64,000 nt of DNA from Synechococcus sp. Lineage in GTDB: Bacteria > Cyanobacteriota > Cyanobacteriia > PCC-6307 > Cyanobiaceae. Position numbers and translations under genes: made by a program. Below are positions 41,326 to 50,895 of this stretch, piece by piece. Below the pieces are notes generated by a model, which worked only from the letters and a program-made list of their open reading frames with translations, was not told the origin of the DNA and did no database searches. Numbering within the stretch: the first letter of the stretch is position 1; every line of letters starts with the position of its first letter. The stretch covers positions 384,001 to 448,000 of the forward strand of contig JBJBEO010000001.1 in the NCBI GenBank assembly GCA_047284725.1, given 5' to 3'.

Positions 41326-41787
41326 ATGTATTTATTTGGGATGGGGGCTGTCCTGCTGCCGATGTGGATAGCACTAGCAATTGTCAAAATAGCCACAGTT
41401 GTTTTTGTGTCAACTATTGTCGTCTGCCTAGTGTCTGCGATCATTGGGGCAATAGCAGTTGCCATATATTTTCTATTTAGGAATAGAATTGACAGCCGCT
41501 CGTCCGCATCCAAAACAACCACTCTTGTTGTTTTGGGCAGTTTGCCAGCAATTCTTTTTTTACTTCTTTTGAGTATAGGTTTTTCCAATGCTCCTGATGC
41601 GGCCTGGTGCGAATTAGTCAGGGGTAGTCACATGGAGCATGCTAGTAAAGACAAATGCGAAAAAATAGATTCAGCATGGTTTCGGTGGATATACCTTCCA
41701 GAAATGACGCGAAACACGAAGGCTGGGACTCCAGAGCAGGAAGAGGCGATACGGCAGAGCCTGCCAGATCAATCCTCTTCTCCATAA
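41326..41787 (+). CDS. Low-GC membrane protein (cargo)
   Basis: Three hydrophobic segments in AT-rich DNA. Confidence 0.6.
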   Translation: MYLFGMGAVLLPMWIALAIVKIATVVFVSTIVVCLVSAIIGAIAVAIYFLFRNRIDSRSSASKTTTLVVLGSLPAILFLLLLSIGFSNAPDAAWCELVRGSHMEHASKDKCEKIDSAWFRWIYLPEMTRNTKAGTPEQEEAIRQSLPDQSSSP

Positions 41788-41911
41788 ATATGAAAGCTTT
41801 TCTGACCAGCAAGCTACCGAGTCGCTCCTGTTACCAAGCGTCCAGGCCCTATTTAGGCCAGGTGATCAGGTCCTTCGGATGCACCGAAGAATATGGTGGT
41901 AACCAGCGATG

Positions 41912-42196
41912 TCATGCCTGAATATGTTTTTCAACTAATATGGCATCGTTGATAGCAAACTTGTAAGCCTGCTGAGGCTCTCCGTTTAAATCTATCTCGA
42001 TCATTAGAATCGAGGACCACGGAAAGACATAAATTTGGTCATTCGCCTGAATGGTTAATTGCGGAAGCGAAGCTTTTTCAGCAAGCAGGCTCTGCAGCTG
42101 CATTTTGGGGCCTTGCTCTGGATATTCAAAGATGAAGGTGCTTCGGTCCAGTAGCGTGATTTTAGCTTGTCGTGAATTGTTCATTGGACCTTGCAT
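41912..42196 (-). CDS. Hypothetical cargo protein
   Basis: 94-aa ORF with beta-rich composition. Confidence 0.55.
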   Translation of the reverse strand: MQGPMNNSRQAKITLLDRSTFIFEYPEQGPKMQLQSLLAEKASLPQLTIQANDQIYVFPWSSILMIEIDLNGEPQQAYKFAINDAILVEKHIQA

Positions 42197-42721
42197 GGTT
42201 CTACAAGCTCATTATGGTCAGGACGCAAGGTGGTTTGGATCGATCTGATAGATAATTTTCCATAGCGCTGCTCAGGCGGATTGTTGATAAAAGGTTAATC
42301 GTCATGTTTGGTTTTTCGATGGAGTCTTGCGCTTTACATCGGAGAGTTTCAACAGCTTTGCAACTTCCACCTCCGCATATGCGGTTTTGGAGTTGGCTTT
42401 GCCGTGTTGATCGGTGGGCGTTGGATTTCGGTTTTATCGGGAAGGCTCGTAGGCCAGGAAGTCTCCTTTGAAATTGGCTGCGGACAAAGCGCCGATCAGG
42501 GCGAGCCGTGGGTTGTCCTCCACCAGCAGATCCCATGCTGTGAGCATGGTGGCCAGGGCCGGCGGTGCCGGGCGCAGCACCACCTCCATGGCGGTCTCAG
42601 CTCACCCGCAGCAATCACAGCCGCCTCACTATCAACCGCACGCCACATCAGCTGCTTCGTTAATCCCAGCGCTGCCCATCCCGGATAGCTTTCACCAGGA
42701 AATACAGCAGCGAATCGCAGC

Positions 42722-43240
42722 CTAAGGGCTGCTTGTACTTGGGGCGATAGATCCATCGCGAGGCTTCTTCGATTTGATTACTTCAACCCTATCCACGGCT
42801 TTTTGCTGCTTTAGCTCATTCCCAGCGAAAGCCGAGTAAGTGATGGGCTGGCTCGGCCACACAGCTATAAAGACTTGGACCACAGCGGAGGCTGCCGCAA
42901 CGATTGCCGCGATGTTTGCTGTTCTTGCAGTTTTTGCGGCCAACGCTCCTGTCTTCAAGGCCAACTCTCGATCTTCCTTTAGGCATTCCAATTGAATGGC
43001 ATCTCTTCGATGATCAGCAGATCTCTCAATAAGAAAAAGAACCAACTCCCTAGGATCAAATTCCTTACCTTTATGTTTCATCTCCCTCGCGGCCTCCTCG
43101 GCGTCTTTACGTGCGCCATCCGCAAGAAGATGAGATGTCTCGATTCTTTTGTCTAACGGTGTTTTGGGGCCTAATTTTTTTGTCTCCTCTTTTAGCTCTT
43201 AGAAAAATTCATTATTTGATCCATCCTTCCCTTGTGCCAT
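42722..43240 (-). pseudogene. Single-TM protein gene interrupted by an in-frame TAA at codon 14
   Basis: ATG at 43240 is in frame with 42722..43081. The only internal stop is at 43199..43201. Confidence 0.55.
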
Positions 43241-43327
43241 CGCTCAGAATAATTATCTACAGACAACATAGCGGGTATACCCGATAAAACCTCATTCCCA
43301 ATACTGCTTAAACGGGCAATCGCTCGC

Positions 43328-43804
43328 TCAGCACAACTTCAGCAGTTCTGCCTCAGCAGCTTTCAACCGCTGGAACACACCTGCATCACCTCCATGATCT
43401 GGATGCCATCGCTTGTACTGCATCCGCGCTGCTTTCTTCACCTGCTCGCGATTCGGGTTGCCATCCAACAGAAACATCCCCAGCAGTTGACTCTTCCGTA
43501 CGTCCGCATCTGTCTGCACTGTTCTCAACATCTCCTCCAGTTCCATAACCCGATCACCTAACGCCGCAATCTCCTTGTCTTTCTCGCCGACCATCACATC
43601 CAGCAACGCTTCCAGCCCAGCACCATGCCCTGCAGGCTTCTTCCCATCCAGCTTCTCATCCACATAATCACGACCCACCTGGTGATCACCAGTGCCAAGC
43701 GATCTCCACTCCACAGTCCGTTGGCCCTCAGAGCCCACAATCACCTTCGGTAACCCTTCCGCCACCACATCGCTGATCCAATGCCCGCGATAGTTGATCC
43801 TCAT
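43328..43804 (-). CDS. C-terminal J-domain (DnaJ-like) protein
   Basis: VKKAARMQYKRWHPDHGGDAGVFQRLKAAEAEL. ATGA overlap with the upstream ORF. Confidence 0.8.
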   Translation of the reverse strand: MRINYRGHWISDVVAEGLPKVIVGSEGQRTVEWRSLGTGDHQVGRDYVDEKLDGKKPAGHGAGLEALLDVMVGEKDKEIAALGDRVMELEEMLRTVQTDADVRKSQLLGMFLLDGNPNREQVKKAARMQYKRWHPDHGGDAGVFQRLKAAEAELLKLC

Positions 43805-44154
43805 AATTCAGCCCAGAACGGTGATGTACGCGGTTCGTTCACTTCCTCGCCATTCCGTTTCCGCAAGTTCTTTCGCACCAAGCCTTCGGCCCACAAGCTG
43901 ATCCCTTCAAACGGCTCCAGATCCTCTGCACAGATCCAATTCATCACACCAAACATCGGCCCGCTCCCTGGCTTACGGCCGACCTGCAACATCACGCGCA
44001 CCCTGGCCTTGCCTTCATTGATCTCCTCAATCAATCCATCCAGCTCCACCGTCTGACCCAGCTCATCCCGAAAATCAGCAATGCCCCTGCTTGCCTCCCT
44101 GCTGATCAACACACCATTCCTTTCGCCATAACGCTGCAACTCTGCTGGGGTCAT
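43801..44154 (-). CDS. Hypothetical protein coupled to terL
   Basis: Start overlaps the terL stop (TGATG). Confidence 0.7.
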   Translation of the reverse strand: MTPAELQRYGERNGVLISREASRGIADFRDELGQTVELDGLIEEINEGKARVRVMLQVGRKPGSGPMFGVMNWICAEDLEPFEGISLWAEGLVRKNLRKRNGEEVNEPRTSPFWAEL

Positions 44155-45581
44155 CAGCTAAACCTCGGCCCACGGCCAACCTTGTACGGCTTGTGCATGT
44201 AGTTCGCGGCATACCGCCACGTATCAATGCAGTGTGTGATCGCTGTGGGATCCAGCAATTCACGCTTCTTCTGGTCTCTCGCCAGCAATGGTGTCAGCTC
44301 CCAAAACGCCCGGCATCGCCTCGATGCCTTCAGCCATGGATGACGCTCATCCCGATCCGTCGCAAACATCATCGACCGCAATCGGCTCAGCCCTGCTTCC
44401 TCACTCATCGCCGCTTTCCTGGCCCGCTCGAACGGCACACCACCGCGCTGAAACTCATGCGCAATCGTGTCCGCATGGCCCGTCCTGTTCCAGCACGCGT
44501 CATCAGCAATCCATCGGATCTCATGCAACGGAATCGGCCATCTGCTGATCCATTCGCGCAGAATCTCCGCCTGCTGGAGGTTGCTGGCCCCTAACCCTGC
44601 ATTCCAATCAGGCTCACCAGCCCTGGTGCTCTTGCTCAGGTAACACTCGTCAATCCCGAACAGGCTCCCCTTTGGAAGCATCGGGTGATTGGTGATGAAC
44701 AACGTGGCGCAACTCGGTGCAGCAATGCCCCAGTCGAAGCTGATCAGGTACTGCGCATTCCCCGGCAACACAGGCTGATCACCACCAGGCAGCTCCAGCA
44801 GTGATCGGCGCCGATTCAACGCATCGCCGAAGTAACTGCCGGTGACATCACCTTCAAAGCTGCCCTCAAGCCAGGCCTTCAGCAGGTCAGGGTCACCGCC
44901 TGCACTGATCTCGATCTGACGCCTGGTCTGCTCAAAGTCCAGATGCGGATTGTTGGCAATGTTGCTGCCGATGTAGACCGACCAGCTCGCTGTGTCCTCA
45001 CACAGGAAGCGCACTGCCTTGCCGGGTAACGGGAAACCTGCTGGCTGCACCCATCGTTGGCGGATCCATGAATGCCCTGCTTGGCCTGGGTTGGCCGTCA
45101 GGATGAATCGTGTCGGTGTCCCTGCTGGTGCCCTGAGCGTGGCCCGTAGCTGGTCGAGCATGTCGGGGTCGGCATACTGCCCGCCCTCATCAACCCAGAT
45201 CGTCGTCCGGGATCGACCCTGCTGGCGAAGCATTGCCTGTGGCCTGGAGGGGTCCAGGTAGGCCAGCTCAATCACACCGCCATTGGGCAACCGCAGGATC
45301 CAGTCAGAACGGTTGAAGCTCAAGGCCTTGCCGTAGGTGGCGCTCAACGTGCGGGCCAGGCTGTTGCTCAGCTCCTGCAGGCCAGCAAAGGATCGACGCA
45401 CAATCAGGCAGTTGAACCGCTCCTTGAGCACGGTGCTGTCCCTGGCGATCACCAGTTCCCCGCCGTAGGACTTGCCCGAGCCACGACCACCGCAGGCCAC
45501 CAGGTCGTGATCCAACGGCACCCGCATCATTTCGCCTTGCATCGGCGTTGGTGTGATCTGAGGCTGCGCTGATGCCGTCAT
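44154..45581 (-). CDS. terL: Phage terminase large subunit
   Basis: Walker A GGRGSGKS, Walker B IWVDEG, coupling motif TANPG, and nuclease motifs FDWG, ADDA and HCIDTWRY. Confidence 0.9.
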   Translation of the reverse strand: MTASAQPQITPTPMQGEMMRVPLDHDLVACGGRGSGKSYGGELVIARDSTVLKERFNCLIVRRSFAGLQELSNSLARTLSATYGKALSFNRSDWILRLPNGGVIELAYLDPSRPQAMLRQQGRSRTTIWVDEGGQYADPDMLDQLRATLRAPAGTPTRFILTANPGQAGHSWIRQRWVQPAGFPLPGKAVRFLCEDTASWSVYIGSNIANNPHLDFEQTRRQIEISAGGDPDLLKAWLEGSFEGDVTGSYFGDALNRRRSLLELPGGDQPVLPGNAQYLISFDWGIAAPSCATLFITNHPMLPKGSLFGIDECYLSKSTRAGEPDWNAGLGASNLQQAEILREWISRWPIPLHEIRWIADDACWNRTGHADTIAHEFQRGGVPFERARKAAMSEEAGLSRLRSMMFATDRDERHPWLKASRRCRAFWELTPLLARDQKKRELLDPTAITHCIDTWRYAANYMHKPYKVGRGPRFS

Positions 45582-46246
45582 TTCTGGCCCTCAACGGCTC
45601 CCTTAACCGTGGGTCCACCCTGTCCCTGACTGCTATCTGACGGGATCTGTAGCTGAGTGTGCCCACTTTCGTGCCCACTTGACCCGTTTTGAGGCGTTAC
45701 ATCGACCGTCTGCGCATCCCAAACAGCACCATCCGAAGCAGGGCTGACGAACACCACATTCGTGCTGATCTCACCAGCTCCAGCAGTGCTGGCTGTGTCG
45801 TCCATCAGGCCAAAGAACTGGGCGGTGCGCACCAGGCCTCTCGACGCCTCAGCCACCATCCTCGGATCAGCGTGCTTCGTACGGCGATACGTTCTGCCGC
45901 CCTCGGGATCCACCGTTTCCACCAAGGTTCCATTCAGAACCTGATCACGAACCTGTCTCATCGTCAGGTCGGTTAGCTCCTCAAACCAGGCTGCAACTTT
46001 CAACCTGATCCGATCTGAATCGAGGCCAAGTTTTTTCGAGATCTCCTCACCGCGTCGGATGGAATGCTGAGCACTACTGAGAGTTCTCACCCCGAGTTCT
46101 TCCTGAACTGCTCGATCACTCAACCCCTGTAGATGCAAGGCGAATGCGTTGAGATGCTGCTGAACCTTCAGCGCATTGCGTTGCCTGGGGGGAAGTTCCT
46201 GAAGTTTCTCGGGGCTGATTTGACCGAGAAGTGACTGAATGGCCAT
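45578..46246 (-). CDS. Terminase small subunit-like HTH protein
   Basis: N-terminal HTH (GLSDRAVQEELGV), an RTAQFFGL segment, a disordered tail, and an ATGA overlap with terL. Confidence 0.6.
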   Translation of the reverse strand: MAIQSLLGQISPEKLQELPPRQRNALKVQQHLNAFALHLQGLSDRAVQEELGVRTLSSAQHSIRRGEEISKKLGLDSDRIRLKVAAWFEELTDLTMRQVRDQVLNGTLVETVDPEGGRTYRRTKHADPRMVAEASRGLVRTAQFFGLMDDTASTAGAGEISTNVVFVSPASDGAVWDAQTVDVTPQNGSSGHESGHTQLQIPSDSSQGQGGPTVKGAVEGQK

Positions 46247-46272
46247 GCCCCCATTCTGCCGAAGGATTTTGG

Positions 46273-48759
46273 TCAGAAGGGGAAGCTGTCGAGGAGATCA
46301 AGCAAGGGTGTTTCTTGCCGACCTTGGCCAACTTGCCGACCTTTTTCGCCGTCTGAAAGCTCACAAGTTTTAATTGCGGAGAGAGATGGTTCTTCTTTAA
46401 TTCCTTTTTCCCTTTCAAAAAAAAGGTTGGTAAGGATGGCCTCAGGCTTGAGGACCCTTGCTGCGAGAGGGCTGAGGTCTTGCCAACCTTCTTGCCGACC
46501 TGGCTTTGGGGTTGGTGAGTCGGCCTGAGGTTGGTCAACCAGCTCGTAACCGCGTTTGACGACCTTGGTGGTGGAATCTGTCCTTCTTGTGGGCTTCCAT
46601 GTGTTGCCAGCGGCGGCTTTGACAGCACGGCTGAGCTTCATCGTGTCGGCCCTCTCTTGGCGATCGAGTGGCACACCGATGCGTTCCAGCAGCAGATCAG
46701 AGGCAACAAATGTGATGCCACTCTTGCGTGCTGATTCGAGGGTGTCAGCAACTTTGACTTCCCACGGTTCAGCGATGGTGGCGCCGAGTGCTCTGGCGCG
46801 AATGGCATTGGAACGCGGATGTGATTCGGGGAAGTAGGTGCGCATATCGTTTGCGAGCAAGGTCATCGCAGTGCGCCAGATGCGATCACGATTGGCGGCG
46901 ATCCACTGAGGCTTGGCTTCTTTCACTACGAGGCAGACCCAGAAACGTCGCGCACCGGTTGGATCGGTGAGTACCTCGTCCTCATTGGTGGTGCCGAACA
47001 TGACGGAACGGCGTGGATGAGGGATGGCGATCTTCTCGTGTTTCTCAACGTATTTGTCCTCCTGGAAGGTGAGCCAGGCCTTGAACTCGGAGGCGGAGCG
47101 AGAGATTGTCATCTTCTCCAGCTCAGCGATCTCGAAGAGCCAGGCGGAGTTGATGCGAGAGAGGAAGTCTTTGGCCTCAAGGTCAGCGACGTTGCAGGCG
47201 GCATCGACCCAGCGACGGGTGGGCACCAAAGCCGCGATGGAGGAGGACTTGAGAAAGCCCTGCGCACCAGAGAGCACCAACAGGGTGTCGTGCTGAGTTC
47301 CCGGATTGATGCCGCGATTCACAGCACCGCCAAGTTGCCGCCACATCAATTCGATGGACAGATCATCAGCACGATCGAACCCGAAGGCATCAGCCAGCTC
47401 ATCGTTGGTGACCGGTTCGAGGTCGGTCTGATCGACAAGATCGAGGAGGTATTCCCGGATTGGGTTGAACGGGTTGCCGTTGGCCAGATATTCAATGGCG
47501 CTCGTGGCATCCGATCTGGTGGTTTCAATGCCGTGGACATGAGCCAGCAACTGGTGAGCAAGGTGCGGCTTTTCGACCATGTTCCCGTCCACTTCGATCA
47601 CGCGATCCAGCTCGTTGAAGCGGATCTGATGTTTGAAGCTGAGGTACTGCTGAAGCATCAGCAGAGTCGGGGCTGACTTGTCGATCTCCGGTTCAACAAC
47701 CAGATGGCCGTCAATGTCATTGCTGGTGGTGGTGAGCAGATCAGCGCGGGTCTGTTCATCGACCTTCGCCAGGCGTTGTTTGATCCGTGCGTCGATCTCA
47801 CGCTTGGGGACGGCCAACCCCGGCTTCGCTCCAAGGAGATCCCGAAGCGCACCACGGAACATCTTGTTGCTGGGTGATGCGTCAGCGATGGCAGCGGCGC
47901 CGTTGTTGAGGATCACCCGATGGGTGGGCCAGGCCAGCTGCAACTGATCGTTCCAACGGGTGAACTCCTGTTCGAGGAACTCGACAGGGTCCAGCAGGTT
48001 CTCCGCCAGATCGGCAATGACCTTGGCAGCAGGCACGGGGCCTAGATCAGTAATGAGTTCCTCCATGCCCGCTTTGGCGTCAGCGTGGAGGTCGCGGTGT
48101 TTGGTGACGGCATAGGCGTGACCATCACGGAAGGGAAGGATCTGGAGCTTGAGACCACGGCGGCGAGCCTGTCCGATCACGGTGCCGAGAAGATTGGGGG
48201 CGATGCCTGTATCGCAATCGCCGATGTAACCCTTGCACCAAGGGGGCAGGCCTGAGCCATAGAGGTGGCCAGGCGCAGTCAGTCCAATGCAGGGGATGCC
48301 AGCCAGCAGAGTGCAGGCCATGGCATCGAAGAAGCCTTCAGTGGCGATCTTTGCCAGGCCGATCTGATTGCCATCAGGCCCCTCAAGGTTGGAGGGGTCA
48401 AAGGGTTGGCAAGCGCCGACCTTGGCGGCCACCTCGGCATCAGAGTTGAGGCGATCACCGGTGACGGGATCTTCAGAACCCTTGGGATAGAGGTACTTCG
48501 CAAAGCGTTCCCGCTCGGCGTCCCATGGCGGCGAATCGCAGCGCAGTGAATAGGTGGGTGCCTTGGCCTTGGGGTTGAAGCAAATAAGGATGCCGCCAGT
48601 TTTGGTCTCACTGGCTTTCCAGAAGATCACCAGCCAATCGGCTTCGACCTCCTCCCATGTCAGAGAACGGATAAAGCCCTGGGCCACCATCCAATTGATC
48701 TGCTCATCGCTGAACCCGCGTTTGCGGATCTGCTGCCGGTGCTGATCAGAGAGTTTCAT
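46273..48759 (-). CDS. TOPRIM-like primase fused to a VapE (virulence-associated E) P-loop helicase
   Basis: ATEGFFDA (TOPRIM-like), FNPIREYL, LSGAQGFLKSS, EIAELE, FGTTN and DPTGARRFW. Confidence 0.88.
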   Translation of the reverse strand: MKLSDQHRQQIRKRGFSDEQINWMVAQGFIRSLTWEEVEADWLVIFWKASETKTGGILICFNPKAKAPTYSLRCDSPPWDAERERFAKYLYPKGSEDPVTGDRLNSDAEVAAKVGACQPFDPSNLEGPDGNQIGLAKIATEGFFDAMACTLLAGIPCIGLTAPGHLYGSGLPPWCKGYIGDCDTGIAPNLLGTVIGQARRRGLKLQILPFRDGHAYAVTKHRDLHADAKAGMEELITDLGPVPAAKVIADLAENLLDPVEFLEQEFTRWNDQLQLAWPTHRVILNNGAAAIADASPSNKMFRGALRDLLGAKPGLAVPKREIDARIKQRLAKVDEQTRADLLTTTSNDIDGHLVVEPEIDKSAPTLLMLQQYLSFKHQIRFNELDRVIEVDGNMVEKPHLAHQLLAHVHGIETTRSDATSAIEYLANGNPFNPIREYLLDLVDQTDLEPVTNDELADAFGFDRADDLSIELMWRQLGGAVNRGINPGTQHDTLLVLSGAQGFLKSSSIAALVPTRRWVDAACNVADLEAKDFLSRINSAWLFEIAELEKMTISRSASEFKAWLTFQEDKYVEKHEKIAIPHPRRSVMFGTTNEDEVLTDPTGARRFWVCLVVKEAKPQWIAANRDRIWRTAMTLLANDMRTYFPESHPRSNAIRARALGATIAEPWEVKVADTLESARKSGITFVASDLLLERIGVPLDRQERADTMKLSRAVKAAAGNTWKPTRRTDSTTKVVKRGYELVDQPQADSPTPKPGRQEGWQDLSPLAARVLKPEAILTNLFFEREKGIKEEPSLSAIKTCELSDGEKGRQVGQGRQETPLLDLLDSFPF
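46314..46501. repeat. Iteron-like repeats around an AT-rich core, putative element origin
   Basis: cttgccRacct at 46314, 46332, 46479 and 46491, plus an inverted variant at 46423..46434. Confidence 0.7.
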
Positions 48760-48965
48760 CAGCCCACCCCCTGATCCAGTTGGTCTTCCTTGGCCAGCAC
48801 CTGAGCGGTGAGATTGCAGATGGTGCCGCCATCGGCGGGCATGTCCTTGGCCTTGAGGTATGCCTCAACCGACCAAGCGGTATCGAGGACACGAACCAAA
48901 GCTGTGGCGAAATTCGGAGAGAAGTCGCGAGCGCTGCTGAGCGCGTAATCCCAATCGCTTTGCAT
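48759..48965 (-). CDS. Small hypothetical protein
   Basis: Tightly packed between the helicase and primase genes. Confidence 0.7.
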   Translation of the reverse strand: MQSDWDYALSSARDFSPNFATALVRVLDTAWSVEAYLKAKDMPADGGTICNLTAQVLAKEDQLDQGVG

Positions 48966-48966
48966 C

Positions 48967-50400
48967 TCAGGCCGCCTCCTGATCAGCGATCAGATGAACG
49001 GCACGCTGTGCTCGAGTGAGCGCTGTGTACCAAAGCCTTCGCCGTTCGGGTGCACCGCCGGCGGCGCGATCCATGTAACGGCCCTGGACAAAGACGTTGC
49101 GGAACTGCGACCCCTGAGCCTTGTGGCACGTGAGGCACCAGTACGGCTGCAACTGCGCGAAGGCGTCACGGAGATCCCAGAACGCATCCCAGGCACCTTG
49201 GCCACGGCCACGGTTATGGGCTTCAAGTGCTTCCTTCTTCAGCAGATCGAGGGCCACCTGCCAGCGACCTTCGTGGGTTGGATCAAGGGCACGGATTATC
49301 CGTGGGGTTTCGTGGTCGTCGGTGTGAGTGACCAGTTCCCAGGCCTTGAAGGGTTTGCCATCAGCGCAGGCTGGGTGCAGGAAGTCCTTTTGCTCAGCGC
49401 CGAGGATGACCAGCTCACGGGAACTGCCGTAGATCAGTTCGTCGTGATCGTCGGGTGCTTTGACGCCCTCATGAGTGATGACACGTTCACCGGAGAGGAA
49501 CGGTGCAGCGTTGCGGCCGTAAACGTGCTTGCGGATCCCGGCATTGAGACGGGCGACCTCGGCGTTGGTCCAGGCGATGACACGGAAGGCATCAGGGTCA
49601 TCCTTCTCGTGATGCTCGTAGGCCATCTCAAGGAAGGCGTGCTGCCACTCCTTCTTGTCGGCGTAGGTGAAGATCGCAGTGTCTTCACCGATGACGGACT
49701 TGGGGAACTGCGGGCGCCAGGCTTTGCCGGTGGTCTGCCTGATGGCCGTGGCGGCATCGAGCACAGCACCGTCGTGGCGCATCACCTTGGTCAGATCGAA
49801 ACGGGGTGTGCAGCGCAGCGCTGGTGAAACCCGCCCGAACTTGACCGGCGATAGCTGGGCCTCATCACCGATGAAGACGATCTTTGTCCAGAAGTCCGCA
49901 GCGTCCTCGATCAGCTTGAGAAGCTTGGGGTGCATCATCGAGGCCTCATCAGCCAGCCAGATGTCGTTTTCATCCAGGCGTGGTTTGCTGCCGAACTGAG
50001 GAACGAAATCAACTTCGTCTTTGGTCTTTTGTTCCCGCAGGCCGAGCAATGAAGCGAAGGTGGCGGTGTCGGCTTTGTTGACGCCACAGGCGGTCGCCAG
50101 AACCTGACAGGCCTTGTGGGTTGGAGCGCACAGGCCGACGGAACAACCAGCAGCGATCAACGCTTCACGGATCAGTCGTGAGCTGGCCGATTTGCCGCTG
50201 CCAGCGGGGCCATTGAATGAAGCGAAGGTGCCACCACCGTTCTGCCGGCACCAGGAGACCAGCCCGTCAATGGCGGCCTGTTGTTCTGGAGTGGGTTTGA
50301 GCGGCGGGAGTTTGGCAGCGAGTGCATCGGCTTGTTTTTCGATGCGATCAGCGGCCGTTGCGGCAGGCGAGTGCATACCGCTAGGGTTTGGACAATCCAT
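48967..50400 (-). CDS. RecD/Dda-like SF1B DNA helicase
   Basis: GPAGSGKS, APTHKA, DEASM, IGDEAQLSPV, TCHKAQGSQF and YTALTRA. Confidence 0.92.
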   Translation of the reverse strand: MDCPNPSGMHSPAATAADRIEKQADALAAKLPPLKPTPEQQAAIDGLVSWCRQNGGGTFASFNGPAGSGKSASSRLIREALIAAGCSVGLCAPTHKACQVLATACGVNKADTATFASLLGLREQKTKDEVDFVPQFGSKPRLDENDIWLADEASMMHPKLLKLIEDAADFWTKIVFIGDEAQLSPVKFGRVSPALRCTPRFDLTKVMRHDGAVLDAATAIRQTTGKAWRPQFPKSVIGEDTAIFTYADKKEWQHAFLEMAYEHHEKDDPDAFRVIAWTNAEVARLNAGIRKHVYGRNAAPFLSGERVITHEGVKAPDDHDELIYGSSRELVILGAEQKDFLHPACADGKPFKAWELVTHTDDHETPRIIRALDPTHEGRWQVALDLLKKEALEAHNRGRGQGAWDAFWDLRDAFAQLQPYWCLTCHKAQGSQFRNVFVQGRYMDRAAGGAPERRRLWYTALTRAQRAVHLIADQEAA

Positions 50401-50484
50401 TCGGACTCTTTGCGGGGTTTGTGATGGGGGAGCCGATCAACCCCGTGCTTTCCAGGGCGGCGGGTTGATCGACGGTGCGAAGCG

Positions 50485-50658
50485 TCAGAAGGCAGCGCGA
50501 CGTTCAAAGCCTTCTTCGATGAGATTCCGCACGACGGCAGAAACACTTCGCTCGCCCTCACGACGACGCAGAGCTTCAAGACTTGCCCACATGTCCTGAG
50601 TCATGGAGACGGCCGTGATCTTGTCTCTGCGTTGTGTTTTGGCGGGAGTTGCTGTCAT
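50485..50658 (-). CDS. Ribbon-helix-helix (CopG/Arc-like) regulator (57 aa, absent from the ORF track)
   Basis: Translated by hand: MTATPAKTQRRDKITAVSMTQDMWASLEALRRREGERSVSAVVRNLIEEGFERRAAF. Confidence 0.75.
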   Translation of the reverse strand: MTATPAKTQRRDKITAVSMTQDMWASLEALRRREGERSVSAVVRNLIEEGFERRAAF

Positions 50659-50895
50659 TGACTCATTGGCTGAGGTATCAACAATCGAAACTTATTGAGC
50701 GTTTGGCGCATGTCCAAGCCGCTAAAACCCATCCGCGTCAACCACAGACATTCCCGCCGAAGCCTGCCACTTATTGATAAGCAGCGTTGATCAGAACCCA
50801 CCAACTGATGCAGGGAAATGCCCGGAATCGGGGGCCACATGCGCATGAAAAAGGCCCCCTTTTGGAGGCCAATGGAACAGGATTAGAGATCGTTT

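Noticed and set aside
42496..42756. 86-aa ORF inside the element
   Set aside because: The C-terminal half looks out of frame and I cannot support a product.
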